The notes beneath the pieces are model-generated. The model ran no database searches. It saw nothing but the letters and a program-made list of their open reading frames with translations, and had not been told where the DNA came from. A DNA stretch of 63,875 nt, filler included, from Porpidia crustulata (lineage: Eukaryota), in the NCBI GenBank assembly GCA_964255105.1. It is 19 parts of 19 records of this genome, joined end to end, with 100 filler letters (N's around TTAATTAATTAA, not from the genome) between each part and the next. Parts side by side here need not be neighbours in the genome. Positions count along the whole stretch, not along the records: positions 23,897 to 27,173 come from CAXUWE010002328.1; positions 27,274 to 30,536 come from CAXUWE010002329.1; positions 30,637 to 33,899 come from CAXUWE010002330.1; positions 34,000 to 37,258 come from CAXUWE010002331.1; positions 37,359 to 40,611 come from CAXUWE010002332.1; 14 more parts are not named here. One strand, 5' to 3'. The stretch's first letter is position 1; each line of letters starts with the position of its first letter. Below are positions 25,481-38,297 of this stretch, in pieces. The position numbers and the translations under genes were made by a program.

Positions 25481-25962
25481 ATCTTTAGAATTCTTACCCT
25501 GCGGCCGCATCGCTGCCACAAGGCTGCAGTCTTCTATTCTTCGGTCCTCTTTTGCCCTTGCAATCTTCCTTGCTGACGCTCCTTTGAAGGTCTTTCAATG
25601 AAAGTTTCTAGAATGGCCGGTTGTCCTGATTTCCGAGCAATTGGGTCCGCGGATATACAAATTTTGATAGGGGCCACAGCGGCTGTTGCAGATCACGAAC
25701 GATATTTTGCATACGCCAAATGAATTACCGGGCCGCGGTCGTTCTTTAAGTGATAGGTAGATCAAGGAGAGTCTCGCCCTTAGTAGATGTCTCGGTCGTC
25801 TTCGCAATTCACCACGATTTGAAGCAGGTTCCACCACCCAAGAGATACTCATACTCCAAATCTCTTGGCTACTTAATGCCACCAAATCCTTTTGAAATGG
25901 GGTCACTACCAGAACTTGGCCCAGAGGGTTGTCTCGCTTCTCCCCTCCACGAATACGGCACC

Positions 25963-26787
25963 TTACCCTTCTCCCAAGTGCACTACTTCCTCCTCCTCCA
26001 CGGCCGCGGCCATTAGACGTTCATGTGCGAATTTAAGGTCTTGCAGAACCGAATCTACCAAGGCATATTCCCCAGCCCAACACTTGTGAATAACGCGGTT
26101 CATCGAGGAGCATTCTATCTCAGGAAATTGCCCGGACGAAAATCTCTCCATGATTCGTTCTTCATCATGGTCAGGATGTAGCTCCGGATAGGGTTCATGG
26201 CCTTCCATGATGTAGTAAATGGCTGACCACAAAGCAAAAATCTCAGTTCTCCAGTCCGCATGATTGGGATTGACCCGAGGCATGAAGGACTTGGTGGTTT
26301 CAACCGAAAGACCATCCTCCTCAACCTCTCCATCCGGCCTAAGAAGACGTCCTTGGAAATCGCTTAGTTTGACATTCAATTCTGCATCTAGAAGAAGATT
26401 GCTGGCAGAGATATCACCGTGAAGGACACGTTTCTTATGTACTGTGGCAAGAGCTTCGGTAGCTTGACGTGCCCATCCAAGCCTCCGCCGCAATCCCGGA
26501 TTGTTGACCTTGAGGTATTCGGCTATTGATCAAAAATATGCACGCTCAAGTAGAAGACCGTCTTTTGTCAGCCCTTTAAAGCCAATGATATGCTTGTGTG
26601 GTCCTATCTCCTTCAGGATTCGGGCTTCAAGGCCGAGAATTGCAAGTGCCTTTTTGTCACCCGGAAAATGTGAATATTTCAGGACAGTAGTTTCATCCAC
26701 AATGCCGATAAAGCTATTAGTGCCCATTGTCAGACACGCAGTGACGTCCCCGGGGCAGTAGATGGAGAGGTAGATCTCCGTTGACAT
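25963..26787 (-). pseudogene. Small fungal Ser/Thr protein kinase-like gene with one in-frame TGA (26530-26532)
   Basis: ORFs 26530-26787 and 25963-26493 are in the same frame: VLKY...EARIL..IGPHKHII...LLLERAYF*SIAEYL...VLHGDISASNLLLD..VKLSDFQG. Confidence 0.75.
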
Positions 26788-27478
26788 GCTCTAGGTGTCT
26801 ACCGCTTTGCACGTAAGGTGCGAAGGATAAATCAAAGTGACGGTTGGCCAGGACAGCGATAATTCAAGAGTGGACGATGATGTGAGTTGCTGCACTTCTC
26901 GTGAGCTGAGGGTTCGCGAGCTACGGGCCGAAACCGGTGGCTGTCAAAAGCAGCCCTGGAACCTGCTGTTTTCGAGCGCCTAAACACTAAAACTTCGACT
27001 ATATATGTAGACAGTTCACAGGTGTACATAGCTAACCACTGCACATACTCAAATATCTTCTCAAGCTTGCTTCAGAATTTTATCATAGCACCATCCACCG
27101 GCTCAACTTCCAAGCTACCGTAGCCCCCACGTACTCCAGCAAACTCTGCCCTCCCAGAGGATCTTCTCTTCCCNNNNNNNNNNNNNNNNNNNNNNNNNNN
27201 NNNNNNNNNNNNNNNNNTTAATTAATTAANNNNNNNNNNNNNNNNNNNNNNNNNNNNNNNNNNNNNNNNNNNNGAGTGGGATATGGTGGGGAATCTTTGG
27301 ATAAGAGGGAGGAAGGAGATAGGCGAGGTCTGGGCCAGTTTGTTGTAGTTGACTGGACGGAATAAAGAGACAGATACAAGAAAAGACAGATATGATCATT
27401 ATAAGGTATGATACCGTATCACCGAACCAAATCTTAACCCATACCATCCATCGCACACTCGCAAAAGTAAATCCCCGA

Positions 27479-28584
27479 TCAAGCCTCCTTCTTCCGCGTC
27501 CGCACCAGCCTCGCCAACCTGTCCAGCCCAAACGCTTTTGGAAAATACCACCTTCCCAGAAATCCATGCGGGAAAAACGTCGTCACGAACCAAACAGGCC
27601 AAGCCATGTTCCCCTCCCACAGGTGCTCGGGCTGCTTCCTCTTCAATGCCGCGTCCACAACCCCCTTCGCATAGATCTCGTTGCTCATCGCCCCCTCCTG
27701 CGAATGCTTCTGCCGGCGCTGATACTCCTTATCGATCTCGACGTACAAGCTCCCAGCGGGCAGCTCGTGATGGGTGCGTGCGATGTTGCTCTGCACGCCT
27801 CCCGTCACGACCACGAGGACCCGGACGCCGTAGGGCGCGAGTTCGACGCGGAGGGTGTCGCTGTAGGCGTGCAGTGCGGCCTTGGTGGCGTTGTAGACGG
27901 AGCCGAAGACGTAGGGCATGACGGCAGCGAGGCTACCGATTTGGATGATGGTGCCTTTGGAAGCGACAAGGAGGGGGCTGAAGGCTTGGCAGAGAAGCAT
28001 GACGGCATAGACGTTGGTGGAGAAGGTGAGTTCGACTTCGGAGATGTCGATGTCGAGGGCGGGGACGGTGTAGTTGCGGCCGCTGTGGTCCTTGGGTTAG
28101 TGTGTCATGGAGGTGAGAGGGGGAGAAGGTAGGTGGAGGTGCTAACGCGTTGTTCACAAGGAAATGAAGAGAGCCCCCGGTCATGCGTGTGACTTCCTCT
28201 TTAGCTTCTGCTATGCTTTTTTGTGACGTGACTTCGAGGGACAGGGTATCCATGCCCATGGCGGCTAGGTCTGAGATGGAGTCCTTGTTGCGAGCTGTTG
28301 CGAAGACATGAAGACCTTTAAAGTCTTGAGTCTTAGAATGAAGCTGAACATAGAAGGGTATTTCCTACCTCTGGCATGGAAATCCCGAGCCTGACGGGTC
28401 GATTAGCCATTGAATGGGGTTCCGAGCTTTTGGCATACCAATGCATGGCCTATCCCGCCCTTTCCACAGCTATAACCCATAGTCAGCTTCCAGACTGCCA
28501 AGCAGTACAACGAATCTCGTTGAGATTATGGACTTATGGGTACCCAGTGATCAAGACGGTTCTCTTGCCGTTCATGAGAGCCAT
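27479..28584 (-). CDS. AYR1: Short-chain dehydrogenase, 1-acyl-DHAP reductase type
   Basis: Spliced exons give TVLITG/CGKGGIGHAL/ARDFHAR/GLHVFATAR...LVNNA/GRNYTVPALD...YNATKAALHAYSDTLRVELAP (Rossmann TGxxxGIG-type and YxxxK motifs). Confidence 0.85.
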
Positions 28585-29129
28585 GTTCGTCTGAAATGTA
28601 CAGCTCTTTCGTCAATTCCGTGGTCTACTTGATGAAAGATTGAATCTTGAAATGCTCAGAAGGTAGATGGCAAATGAGCAATACCAGCTACCTAGGTTCC
28701 TACATCACGGATAGATAGCAGAGCGGAAGAAGCTGCTGCACGTCGGTATGGATTGGCAGCCCGATTTGGCTAGACCATCGAAATACCTCGGCTTAAAATC
28801 GACATTACCACGACCAAATTATCAACCGCTTAGAACAGCCAACAAGATAAAGAGTAAGCTTGCTCAAGGTATTCCAATAGAGTCTAATTAGACCTACCCA
28901 GAGAGCGAGACCAGTAGGAGTGCCAGTTGGGCTTTACTCACAGCCACTACGGTCACGCGGACGATAGAAAGCTCATCCAGCCAATTTTCATGGGAAAGAA
29001 TTCTCTGCTAAGCCTAGAGGCTACACTTTCATTGCTGATCTAGGACCCCAATAATAGCGCCGAATGGCTTTGATAGACGAGGGCCTATATCACGGCTCGT
29101 AGGTTTCCATCAAACACAACTTGCCCCGA

Positions 29130-30411
29130 TCAATCCTTGGTCGTCTTCCTACTGACCTTCGTCCCTGTTCGGCTGAAATACCCACTGTCCCCCGTCAGGC
29201 TCCTTTGCATTACTATGCTCCCTTCCAAATCTTCGCTCCTGGACTCCCCGATCACTTCATTCAAGCTCAGAATTGCCTCTTTCTTCTCCTTCAATTCTTT
29301 CCTCCTACTTTCTTTATGCTTGGCCTTGCCGCGCTCGGCGGCTTTGACACGCTGGTAGTCTTTCCAGTCGTCGAGCTCCTCGGCGATGGGGTGAGCGAGC
29401 GCTTTATCAAGAGAGTCCTGGTCGGGTTCGCGTTGCAGAGTGAAGTTGTAGTTCCAGCTCTCTTGCGCGGATGGGAGGGATTTGGAAGAGCTCAGGGAGA
29501 TACCGTAGGAGGTGACGCGATACAGACCATCATATCTGAGACCCCCGATTGGTGCTTTGCAAGAATTGAGCTTACAACTCCTCAAGACCCTCACCACTTC
29601 TCTTTCGCTGCTACTTATTGTGTTCATTAATCTAAAGGCACCTTTATCGTGCGTTGGCGCTTTGTAGCGCAACGTCCCCAGTTTTGTTTCCGTGCGGAGT
29701 TCTTGTCCATCTTGCATAAGGATGGCATAGGCTGTGCGATGATCTGCGGTTATGCCGGCACTTGGTGAAGATATAATTCCATCATGGAAAGCGGCAACGG
29801 GGTTGATCCACCAACTGTGAAGGGTAAGGGAATTTAGTTCCGGGGATGGCAAGGATGGCGAGACTTACGCTCCGATTTTGAATCCAAGGTCGCCGTATCT
29901 ATAGGCTTTGGACGGATCTACAGGAGGCTCAAAGATCCACAATAGCTCCGAGTACTTATGAGTCGTCAGTCCATCTTATTTCCAATCTTACCAATCAGAA
30001 GCTTACATCATCTCCAAAATTCTCAGCGCTCAATTCAGCCTTTCTCTTGATCCCTTGCAATCTTCCCCGAGGACCCCACAAATCTGTATGGATACTTTGC
30101 AAGCTCCCCAGCGCCATTTCCCATTTGGTCACCAATTCCTCCGCTTGCATCATCAGGTCAAGCGGCCAGTCGCTCCCGAGCGAAATCACTTTAAGAGCTT
30201 TGTCAACGCGTGAAAAGCGCAGAAGGTCCAGTGTCATCGGAACGGCGTTCAGACTGACCATGATGGAGCGGAGCGTGGAAGCATCTTCGAGGTCAAGGCC
30301 GGAGTGGCCTCTGGTGGCGATCAGCGGTGCGAGCTTATCACGAATGAAGCGGGAATGGGTTAGGAGGTCTTCGGGTTTCGTGCCCATTTGTACGGTCCGT
30401 GGACTGTCCAT
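29130..30411 (-). CDS. SRA/YDG domain protein
   Basis: WWINPVAAFHDGII...AYAILM...VRVLRSCKLNS..APIGGLRYDGLYRVTSY...FTLQREPDQ; two introns between about 29825 and 30010. Confidence 0.8.
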
Positions 30412-30923
30412 GGTGCCGTGATCACGGGCGTTGTCGTATTAATGCATGTCCAAAACGACTGGAATGTGAATTGGGGTTGTCTCAGGGGAGACCCTCACAA
30501 TACCACAGTACCAGACACATATGGAACAACATATCCNNNNNNNNNNNNNNNNNNNNNNNNNNNNNNNNNNNNNNNNNNNNTTAATTAATTAANNNNNNNN
30601 NNNNNNNNNNNNNNNNNNNNNNNNNNNNNNNNNNNNGAGTAGCAGGGTTAGGGTACATGGGTACGTAAGCACGGTAAGGCAGGATTTCACAGCCTACCTT
30701 GCGCCACTTGTTCGAAAGGGCCCCATAATCCATGTTCATAAATCAATCGTGAGCCATCATCCTTTAATTCGACAAGCAGCCTCTGCGTGATCCTTCCGAC
30801 AACACTTCAGCTGTTCAACTCCCATAGCCTCACCTTACAGTTTGATAAATATCTGCTCGCTTCGTCTCTCAGCCGGTGGTACTTCTGCCATCGTCAACCT
30901 TTCATCGCGCTCAGATCTCTATT

Positions 30924-31572
30924 ATGGCGATTCTACCACGATACTCGTATGTCTAAATATCTACATCCAATGTAGCCTTGTAGGAGTCACGCATCCGCTA
31001 ATACATGCCCGTAACAGATGCTACAACAGTAGCTACAATAGCAACGACTACTGTTATAGCTCTTGGGATTCCTATGGCCGTTACATAGTTATTGCTGCAG
31101 TCATCGCTGGAGGTTTCTTCATCTTCTTCATGTTCGCGTAAGTCATCCAGGACTGTCTTGTTCTGTACACAAGGACTAACCAAGCCGCAGTTGTGTTACC
31201 GCTCGTAGACGTCGTCAATCTGGCATGCAGCCATACCGTGGTACTGGTTGGGCCGCCGGGAGGACACCGCCTGGCCACGCACCTGCACAATACACTGGCG
31301 CCCAACCGTATTACGCTGGCAACAACAATCCGCAATACAACGCTGCTGCTGCGCCCGGTGTCAATGGTGCGCCTCCTGTATATTCTCCGGCTCCGAATCA
31401 AACATACTACGGAAACAACCAAGCCGAACATGGGTATTTTGGTGGTCAGCAGCAGTCTGGAATCGAGCTGCAACAGCCGCAAAGCGTATACCAGCCGCAG
31501 AGAGGTGGCGACCCAGTCTACAGCCCTCCAAGCGGTCCGCCACCAGGAAAGGGTGATGGCATCATCAGGTAG
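30924..31572 (+). CDS. Chitin synthesis regulation / Congo red resistance (RCR-type) small membrane protein
   Basis: Three exons: SSWDSYGRYIV-TM-ARRRRQSGMQPYRGTGW followed by a P/Q/Y-rich tail with PPVY and YSPPSGPPP. Confidence 0.75.
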
Positions 31573-32302
31573 AGTGATATGTCCTTGCTATGTCAGATGA
31601 AATGGCCGCAAATACAGTGCACTAGCTTTCAATAATGATGTCCGGCGTTGATATTTGAAGGCGCATTAGTAGTGAGGATTTGGTGGCCGGAGCACTTCCA
31701 TGGGACATAGTTTCTTTTCCGTGCCTTTGAACTCTTTTAGTTGCACATAATCTATCTAAACTATGCTAAGTCGACGATCAAATCTGTGCTTTAGTGACAT
31801 GTAACAAAGCATTATCAACTACGGGGAGCCCGGCTTGTTACTATAAGAGTCAATTTCAATGATAGCCTTGACAGCTTGCATCGACGCGTCATCTTAGTGA
31901 AAAACTCCTCACCTCCGAACTTTCACGATGACTGATCATAGTGCATTCTCAACATTAGAGATCAGGCTGGCATTCAGGCTGGCACTCAAGCTGGCTCCGA
32001 GACTCTAATAAACCCAACGTGTGGCGGTTTTTTTGTGACGTTGTGGCTGGTGCCTCGCTACTGCCTGTTGATTAGCGTGCCAAAACGCTTATCCTTTGAT
32101 TTGTTGTTGACATACAATCTACTATGCAACACTTTTCTGATGTCGCCGGGTTCTGTGTTCATGGATTTATCTGAAGCTACTTGCTCTATATTTCTCATGT
32201 CAGGCAAGATCGCCAGACATCTCAGTCCATCCTTCTCTATCCGTGTCCTAGGGGTCCGAGCCGACTACGCCCACTAACATCATTTCACCAAAACTTGTCG
32301 CT

Positions 32303-33763
32303 ATGACTTCTAGCTCAGATCCCGAGATGGAATACCTGACAGCGTCCTTTGACCCTTCATCACTCACCGTTCCAAAACTACGAGGCATACTAATGTCCCA
32401 CGACATCCCCTACCCAGCCTCTGCCAAGAAGCCGCAGCTTATCGATATCTTTACTCAGCAACTCATTCCGAAGTCGCGTAGGATACTCGCCGCTCGATCG
32501 AGAACTAGGAGAACTAGCAAGGGTATAACGGATATGCCAAGTAGCCAAGAAGGAACGGTAAACGGGGATGAAGATGACAATGTTAGCTTGATGCCACCAC
32601 CACCAACTCCAGGGCGAATTAAGAGGAAAGGGAAAAGCTCATCCGAAGACGCCGAGCCGTTAAGCAGTCGAAGGATTGCTAGTGGCCGAAAGAGCTCTTC
32701 GAAGCATGCTCGGCCATCTGACACAGAGACAGACCCGGATTTAGAACCTAAGGGACCAATAGTACGTAAAACTCGGAAGAGTGAGGTTACACCTATCGTC
32801 AAGGCCGAAGAAGCAGACGATGTACCAGTGCGCCCTTCACTGAAGGAGAGCCCCTTCAGTCATGAGAATCCCTTTCAAAGCGGTAGTTCGCCACTGCTGC
32901 CAGGTGAAAGCAGGAGAAGGAGCGCTGGCACCAGCAATGACCGCAGGAAAAGCACATCAAGGAGACGGAAGACCGAGGGAATTGGCGGCCCTGAATTGTC
33001 CAGAACCAAGACATTCGAAGTCCCTGTTGCGACTCTAAAGCGACCCAAGGCCCGGGCTGAAGTTGAACAGGATGACGGTGTTGAAGTGGGAGAGGATTTT
33101 ACCCCAGAAGAGCAGCTGGAATTGGTGAGAGCACGTGCTGCGAATGGGGATCTTGATATCCTTCCGCCCCGCAAGAAGAAACGGCCACGTAAATCTACTA
33201 CAATTCCGAAATCTGCGCCTTGGGTGGTTTTCATGACACTGTTATCAGGATATGCCTTGTGGTTTCGACAAGAGAAACTTCAGATGGGCTACTGCGGGAT
33301 TGGTAGGAGTTCCGATGCACTTTCGAACGTACAATTACCTGATTGGGCGAGCGCACTACAACCTACATGTGAATCATGCCCGCAGCACGCGTATTGCTAC
33401 GAAGGGATGGCGACACGATGTGAGCAGGACTTTGTGCTCAAGCCACATCCTTTATCTCTGGGAGGCTTGATACCACTACCACCGACTTGCGAGCCTGATG
33501 GCGAGAAAGTACGAAGAGTCAAGGCAGTGGCCGATAGGGCAGTTGAAGAGTTGCGCGAGAGAAAAGCCAAGTTCGAATGTGGAAGTCTTCTTGATGCGCA
33601 AGGAAAAGATCCCTCAACCCTAGAGATCCCTGCCGAAACCCTGAAAATGGAAGTCTCGAAAAAGCGCCGGAAAGGCATGTCGTCTGCCGAATTCGAAGAC
33701 CTCTGGAAAGGTGCCATTGGCGAAATCCTTGGTCGCGAGGAAGTCATCCATTCTGTCAACAGG
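32303..33763 (+). CDS. SRC1: Inner nuclear membrane LEM/HeH protein Src1/Heh1-Man1 family, 3'-truncated
   Basis: HeH domain FDPSSLTVPKLRGILMSHDIPYPASAKKPQLIDIF; TM; luminal GYCG, CESCPQHAYC, CEQDF and PTCEPD motifs; donor GTAAAC at about 33763. Confidence 0.9.
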
Positions 33764-33999
33764 TAAACTTGCCCCTTCCCCGTTCCCTCCTCCCTTGCAC
33801 CTCCACCTTATCTCCTTTGAATTCCCCCGCCTCCCGATCGAAACCATTACACAACCAATCTGACACATAGTCCCCCACTAACCAGCTTCCCCCAAGAAGN
33901 NNNNNNNNNNNNNNNNNNNNNNNNNNNNNNNNNNNNNNNNNNNTTAATTAATTAANNNNNNNNNNNNNNNNNNNNNNNNNNNNNNNNNNNNNNNNNNNN

Positions 34000-34236
34000 A
34001 TCACTCTGCGTGGGCGATGGAGTCTTCTGTTTAAGCTGACTAAGCACTTTTTCTTTCTTCGGTGTAGTACTGAATCAGCTCGGTGTTACGCTTCATCCAT
34101 TGTTTCAGAATCGAGAACGAGGTCTCAATCGGATTGAAATCAGGTGAGTAGGGAGGCAGCTTTACCAACAGCACTCCTGCTGCCTCACAAAGCTGATCCA
34201 GTTCGATTGATTGATGAATCCTGGCGTTATCCATCC
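34000..34236 (-). mobile_element. Tc1/mariner (IS630-like, DDE_3) transposase C-terminal fragment
   Basis: MDNARIH...LLVKLPPYSPDFNPIETSFSILKQWMKR contains the second D and the catalytic E of the DD34E-type triad. Confidence 0.88.
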
Positions 34237-35969
34237 TACAAGGCCTGATCCTTGAGCGCGCAGGGCCCGTCGTACAGTACCTGATGCGGTGGAACAATCC
34301 CGTCTCTTGTCGGTATCTGTATCAAGATTGTTTCCTCGTCGCTGGGATACGCCGTGACGTGTTCTTCCTTGCTATTGCCAACCACATCCGTGGCAATGAT
34401 AAGGCCGTGCTTGATGCCGCCCTTGATCTACGCCTCGTGTTTTCCGGAGGGCAGGGCGATATGAGCGAGACCGGTGAGAAACATGCCGTATCTATTGGTG
34501 AATGATAATTGGTGTTAGCTCATCGAGGCTAGGAGGAATAGAAGCTTCGAAGGCAAGAAGAGAGGTGGGAAGTTCTGGGAGGATTCTACGCACTGTACGA
34601 TTGGTGCATGATGTCCAGGAGGGAAAAACTTGGGCGGCGCAACGATGTAGCTCATGTTCGCAATGTCCCCTTGTTGTAGCTCTAATGCGCCAGGCAATCC
34701 GCTTTGACTGGTTGTCTGGAATGGGTCGTCGAGCTGTCAACACTCCTTGGTACTGAGGCCGTCCTGATGAGCAACGGCGGTCAGATTGAGGGTCGAAGGA
34801 CCTTTGTAAGCGGCCACACTGGGTGATAACGGTGAAGCTATAGCCGGTGGAAGACACAGAACAAAAGCCGTTGCCACTGGGAAAATGTAAAGGAGCATAG
34901 TGGGTGAGTAAGACACGTTGTCTTGGATTTTTTTCGAGACGATAGAAGTGAAAGGTCATAAGACCGCCGAAAGACAAATATCAAGGTCACAGAGGAAGCA
35001 CAGTCATACGTTATTGACAAAGCCGCATGACTCCGGTATTGCAGAGTTAGCAAGTTCGGCCATTTAGGCTCCCACACGGAGGATGATCATCTTTCATGGC
35101 TTGAAGTTGAGGGTATGAATCTACGCAGCGCAGGGAGGTCCTATTCTAGACCGCGGCCAACTCTATCGTTGTGCATTTCGAGTGTTTCTTCATGTCCCCG
35201 TTCGCCGTTACAGACAAATTCGGAAATTTAATGGGCTGCAGGCACCGAGTATGGGTGTCAGTGAAGCCAATTATTCCGAGAACCGTCTGCGAGTTCTAAA
35301 AGCGGAGATATTTTTGCACAACGCGTCTCCTGCGTTCGCTCCACCAATCGGCTCGTTTCCAAAACTTCAAAACTCCGGTCCTCGCCAAGTGAACTTTCAC
35401 CTTTGGCTTCCAACTCCGCATTTCGACTCTGGAGAATTGCAGGTTCCGTCGAGGGCTCAGTGTGCTTGATAAGGCGTTTTTGAGTAAACGAAACATCGAC
35501 CTGTCAGATCCCAGGAAAAAAAGACTGGTGTAGATTCTTTGCTTAGCTGCGTCGTTGAATACGTCGGATAGAGGGAGAATAGCCACTGAGTAGATAAGCT
35601 TAATGACGGGATGCGAAACAAGATCGTCAGTCTCTACTGTCTTTTCAGGTTCCCTCGGTCCCGCGCTCTACTTCAGTCATATTCTTCTATCACCCTATTT
35701 CTGACTACTTGAGAGTCGAGTATGAGGGTAGAACGTGATCCTGGGAGATGAAACTGTGCCAATCATTCTGACCGCTTCAGATTAATAAAGACGTGGTGCC
35801 GCCAAGGTTCTCGTTTTTGAGCTATTCTTCCAAGCAACCTTCGATTTGCTCTCCTCCTCCTGTTCGTTTCAAGCCCGCTTACGATACAAGGACTAGTCCT
35901 GTCTACTTTCTCCTCGCGTCTGGTTTTCTGTGTTTCTCTGAATTCTTGCCTTCGTTCTTTGGACAACAA

Positions 35970-37047
35970 ATGGCAATGCAGCTCTCCACAAAGTTGGTCA
36001 GAGTACTGCTACTCAGCTGTGTGATCCTCGTGAGCCACGCCGTTTCTCTTCCTAGGCAGACAGCTTCCATCAAAGATACTAGTTATGTCGAAAAAGATGA
36101 TCATTGATCCAATTTACCTTCTATCGCGACGGATTCCCGTTCAGAGCATAGTACTGTTACATTGAGGAACGACATTTATATCATCGAAGAAATACGTCTA
36201 GAACAATCTGTCAACGAAACGACCTTTTCGACGTTGAGCAGCGTTGAAGTCTATTTCATTGCTCAGGAACAGCTGACGCACAGTCGCGTCTTCATCGATC
36301 TCAATGAATCACGTTAATGCCGTCGCTGTTGATGATAAAATATACAATGATCTGACTCTCGACAAATTCTAATTTGCTTTTCTCGACTGCTACGTTTACG
36401 ATTCAGAAATCGATCACTGAACGACGCTGACATCGATGCTCAAGAAGCAAGCTCGAGAAAGTGTCGCAGTAGAGATACACGAAAGATTCATCTATCTAGC
36501 GACTGAAATGCGCTCCCTTGACGACTCTTTCAATGATTTGCAAGACATCGTAAACATCTTCACTTCGTACGATATCAAAACCGAACTCTGAACATCGCTA
36601 CTGAATCTCTCGACATCGCGCGATCACGCCGAAATCGTCATGATTAAACACATCATATACGTGTTCGACGAACGCATTTACGAGCAAGTCAACGTACGAA
36701 ACATCATCTACGCTTTGAATCTTCGCTCGTCAGCAGTCGAATGAACTCGCAAAATCGACCTGCTCACTACCTGCGGTAGTTTTTCAACAGGCATGATCGA
36801 CAAAGTGATGTACACATTTGACGACGAAGGAAAATCGACTTCGAACTTCAACGACGTCTACAACGAAACCAAGTCGTACGAGACTGTGACAGATACGTGA
36901 ATCAAGTTGGCGCTCATGACGATCCCGAGACATGGCACGGCGGCGATTTTGGTGGATGGGGGAATATATATTCCTGGCGGATCGATTGCCAAGGGCGAGG
37001 AGCCCGTGGACGCTTTCACTGTGTTTAGGCCTTGTGGGGCAGGGTAG
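35970..37047 (+). pseudogene. Secreted Kelch-repeat (beta-propeller) protein gene destroyed by GG->GA / CC->TC mutation
   Basis: Signal peptide, then Kelch repeats with GG dipeptides changed to EE/DE/DD (IYIIEE, YVFDER, YTFDDE) and TGA at Trp positions 36105, 36418, 36589 and 36898; last repeat intact (PRHGTAA..IYIPGG). Confidence 0.88.
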
Positions 37048-38297
37048 GATGGCTTGAATGGCCATGATTGGGGGATGAGACCGTTTTTAAGCGCACTTTG
37101 CCTTATCAGCTTCTTGGTTCAGCAGCGACACACTGAGGATTGGAAAGAGTCGGAATGTACATGAATAGGATGTGCAGTTCTTCTCTACATAATTTCCTTT
37201 CGACCAAATTACACCGTCATCCTTTTTCCCTTTCCTTACATCTCTTGCTCCCAACTAGNNNNNNNNNNNNNNNNNNNNNNNNNNNNNNNNNNNNNNNNNN
37301 NNTTAATTAATTAANNNNNNNNNNNNNNNNNNNNNNNNNNNNNNNNNNNNNNNNNNNNGAGTTGAGATGGTATTCATTTATCTTGTATATTTTTTTGTGT
37401 AGGGTGAGAGTTTTAGACAAAATGAAACATGGGATGACCACTGATCCGTCCATTTGACGTAGTAGACTCTTTGTGATCCGGGAAGCAACTTAAATGCGAA
37501 GGTTAGGCAGCTCCATCAATCGGGCATGTCGTGGTCCTCTCATCGTTAAAGGACGGGGCTGAATGTGGTGTCCGATGGAGTATCTAGGATTGTTTTTGGT
37601 CGAACGTAATACCTGTTCTTATGTTAGAATAAATGGCATAGGACAACGGATTTCATGGAGGTAAAGAATGGTCATTTATTCTGTCGGGAAGCTCGCGCCA
37701 ATTGGGCACGCTGGGGTACAAGTACTCTAGTGTGGTAGTCAAAATATCTTATTCCATGGCTCTTCAAATCATTAGACTTACCGATCTTTCCTGAGAGTTA
37801 CTTTTTGTTCTCACGGATTAGCTTATGACAAGTCCAATCTGGTGCGATTGTTTTTTGCGCAAGCTCTCCGACTATTTGGTGCGTGAGACATGAGGCTCCA
37901 TTGGTCGATGATGCCCATGGAGCCACGAGAAGTCCCATCGTTATCTCCAACGCAAAAATATTATATCCATCGAGCCGAATTAGCCGTCAAATGGTTGCGA
38001 TTCAAAGTCACGGCGACTGTCGTTGTCAAACAGCGATCGCTCGATGTTCCATTGCAGCCTCGGCAGGCAGCCTTGGATTTCTGTAGCCTTGGATGTTGCC
38101 TAGCTGAACTTGAGAGTCATAAATAACGTTGTGGAACATTGATGTCTCTTCCTTCTAATGTTCTCAATTGACATACTTCATTCTGCTGTGATAGATATAC
38201 AATCTATGTTCTGCCACTTTCGCAGTCGTTTGAATCTTTGTGACAGAAGACCTACAACCTGAGGGTCATTGCATCGTTTAGCCAATACAGCTACGAC

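Noticed and set aside
34240..35600. Short ORFs beside the Tc1 fragment as transposon cargo or a degenerate gene
   Set aside because: No recognisable motif or consistent frame, and no terminal inverted repeat found
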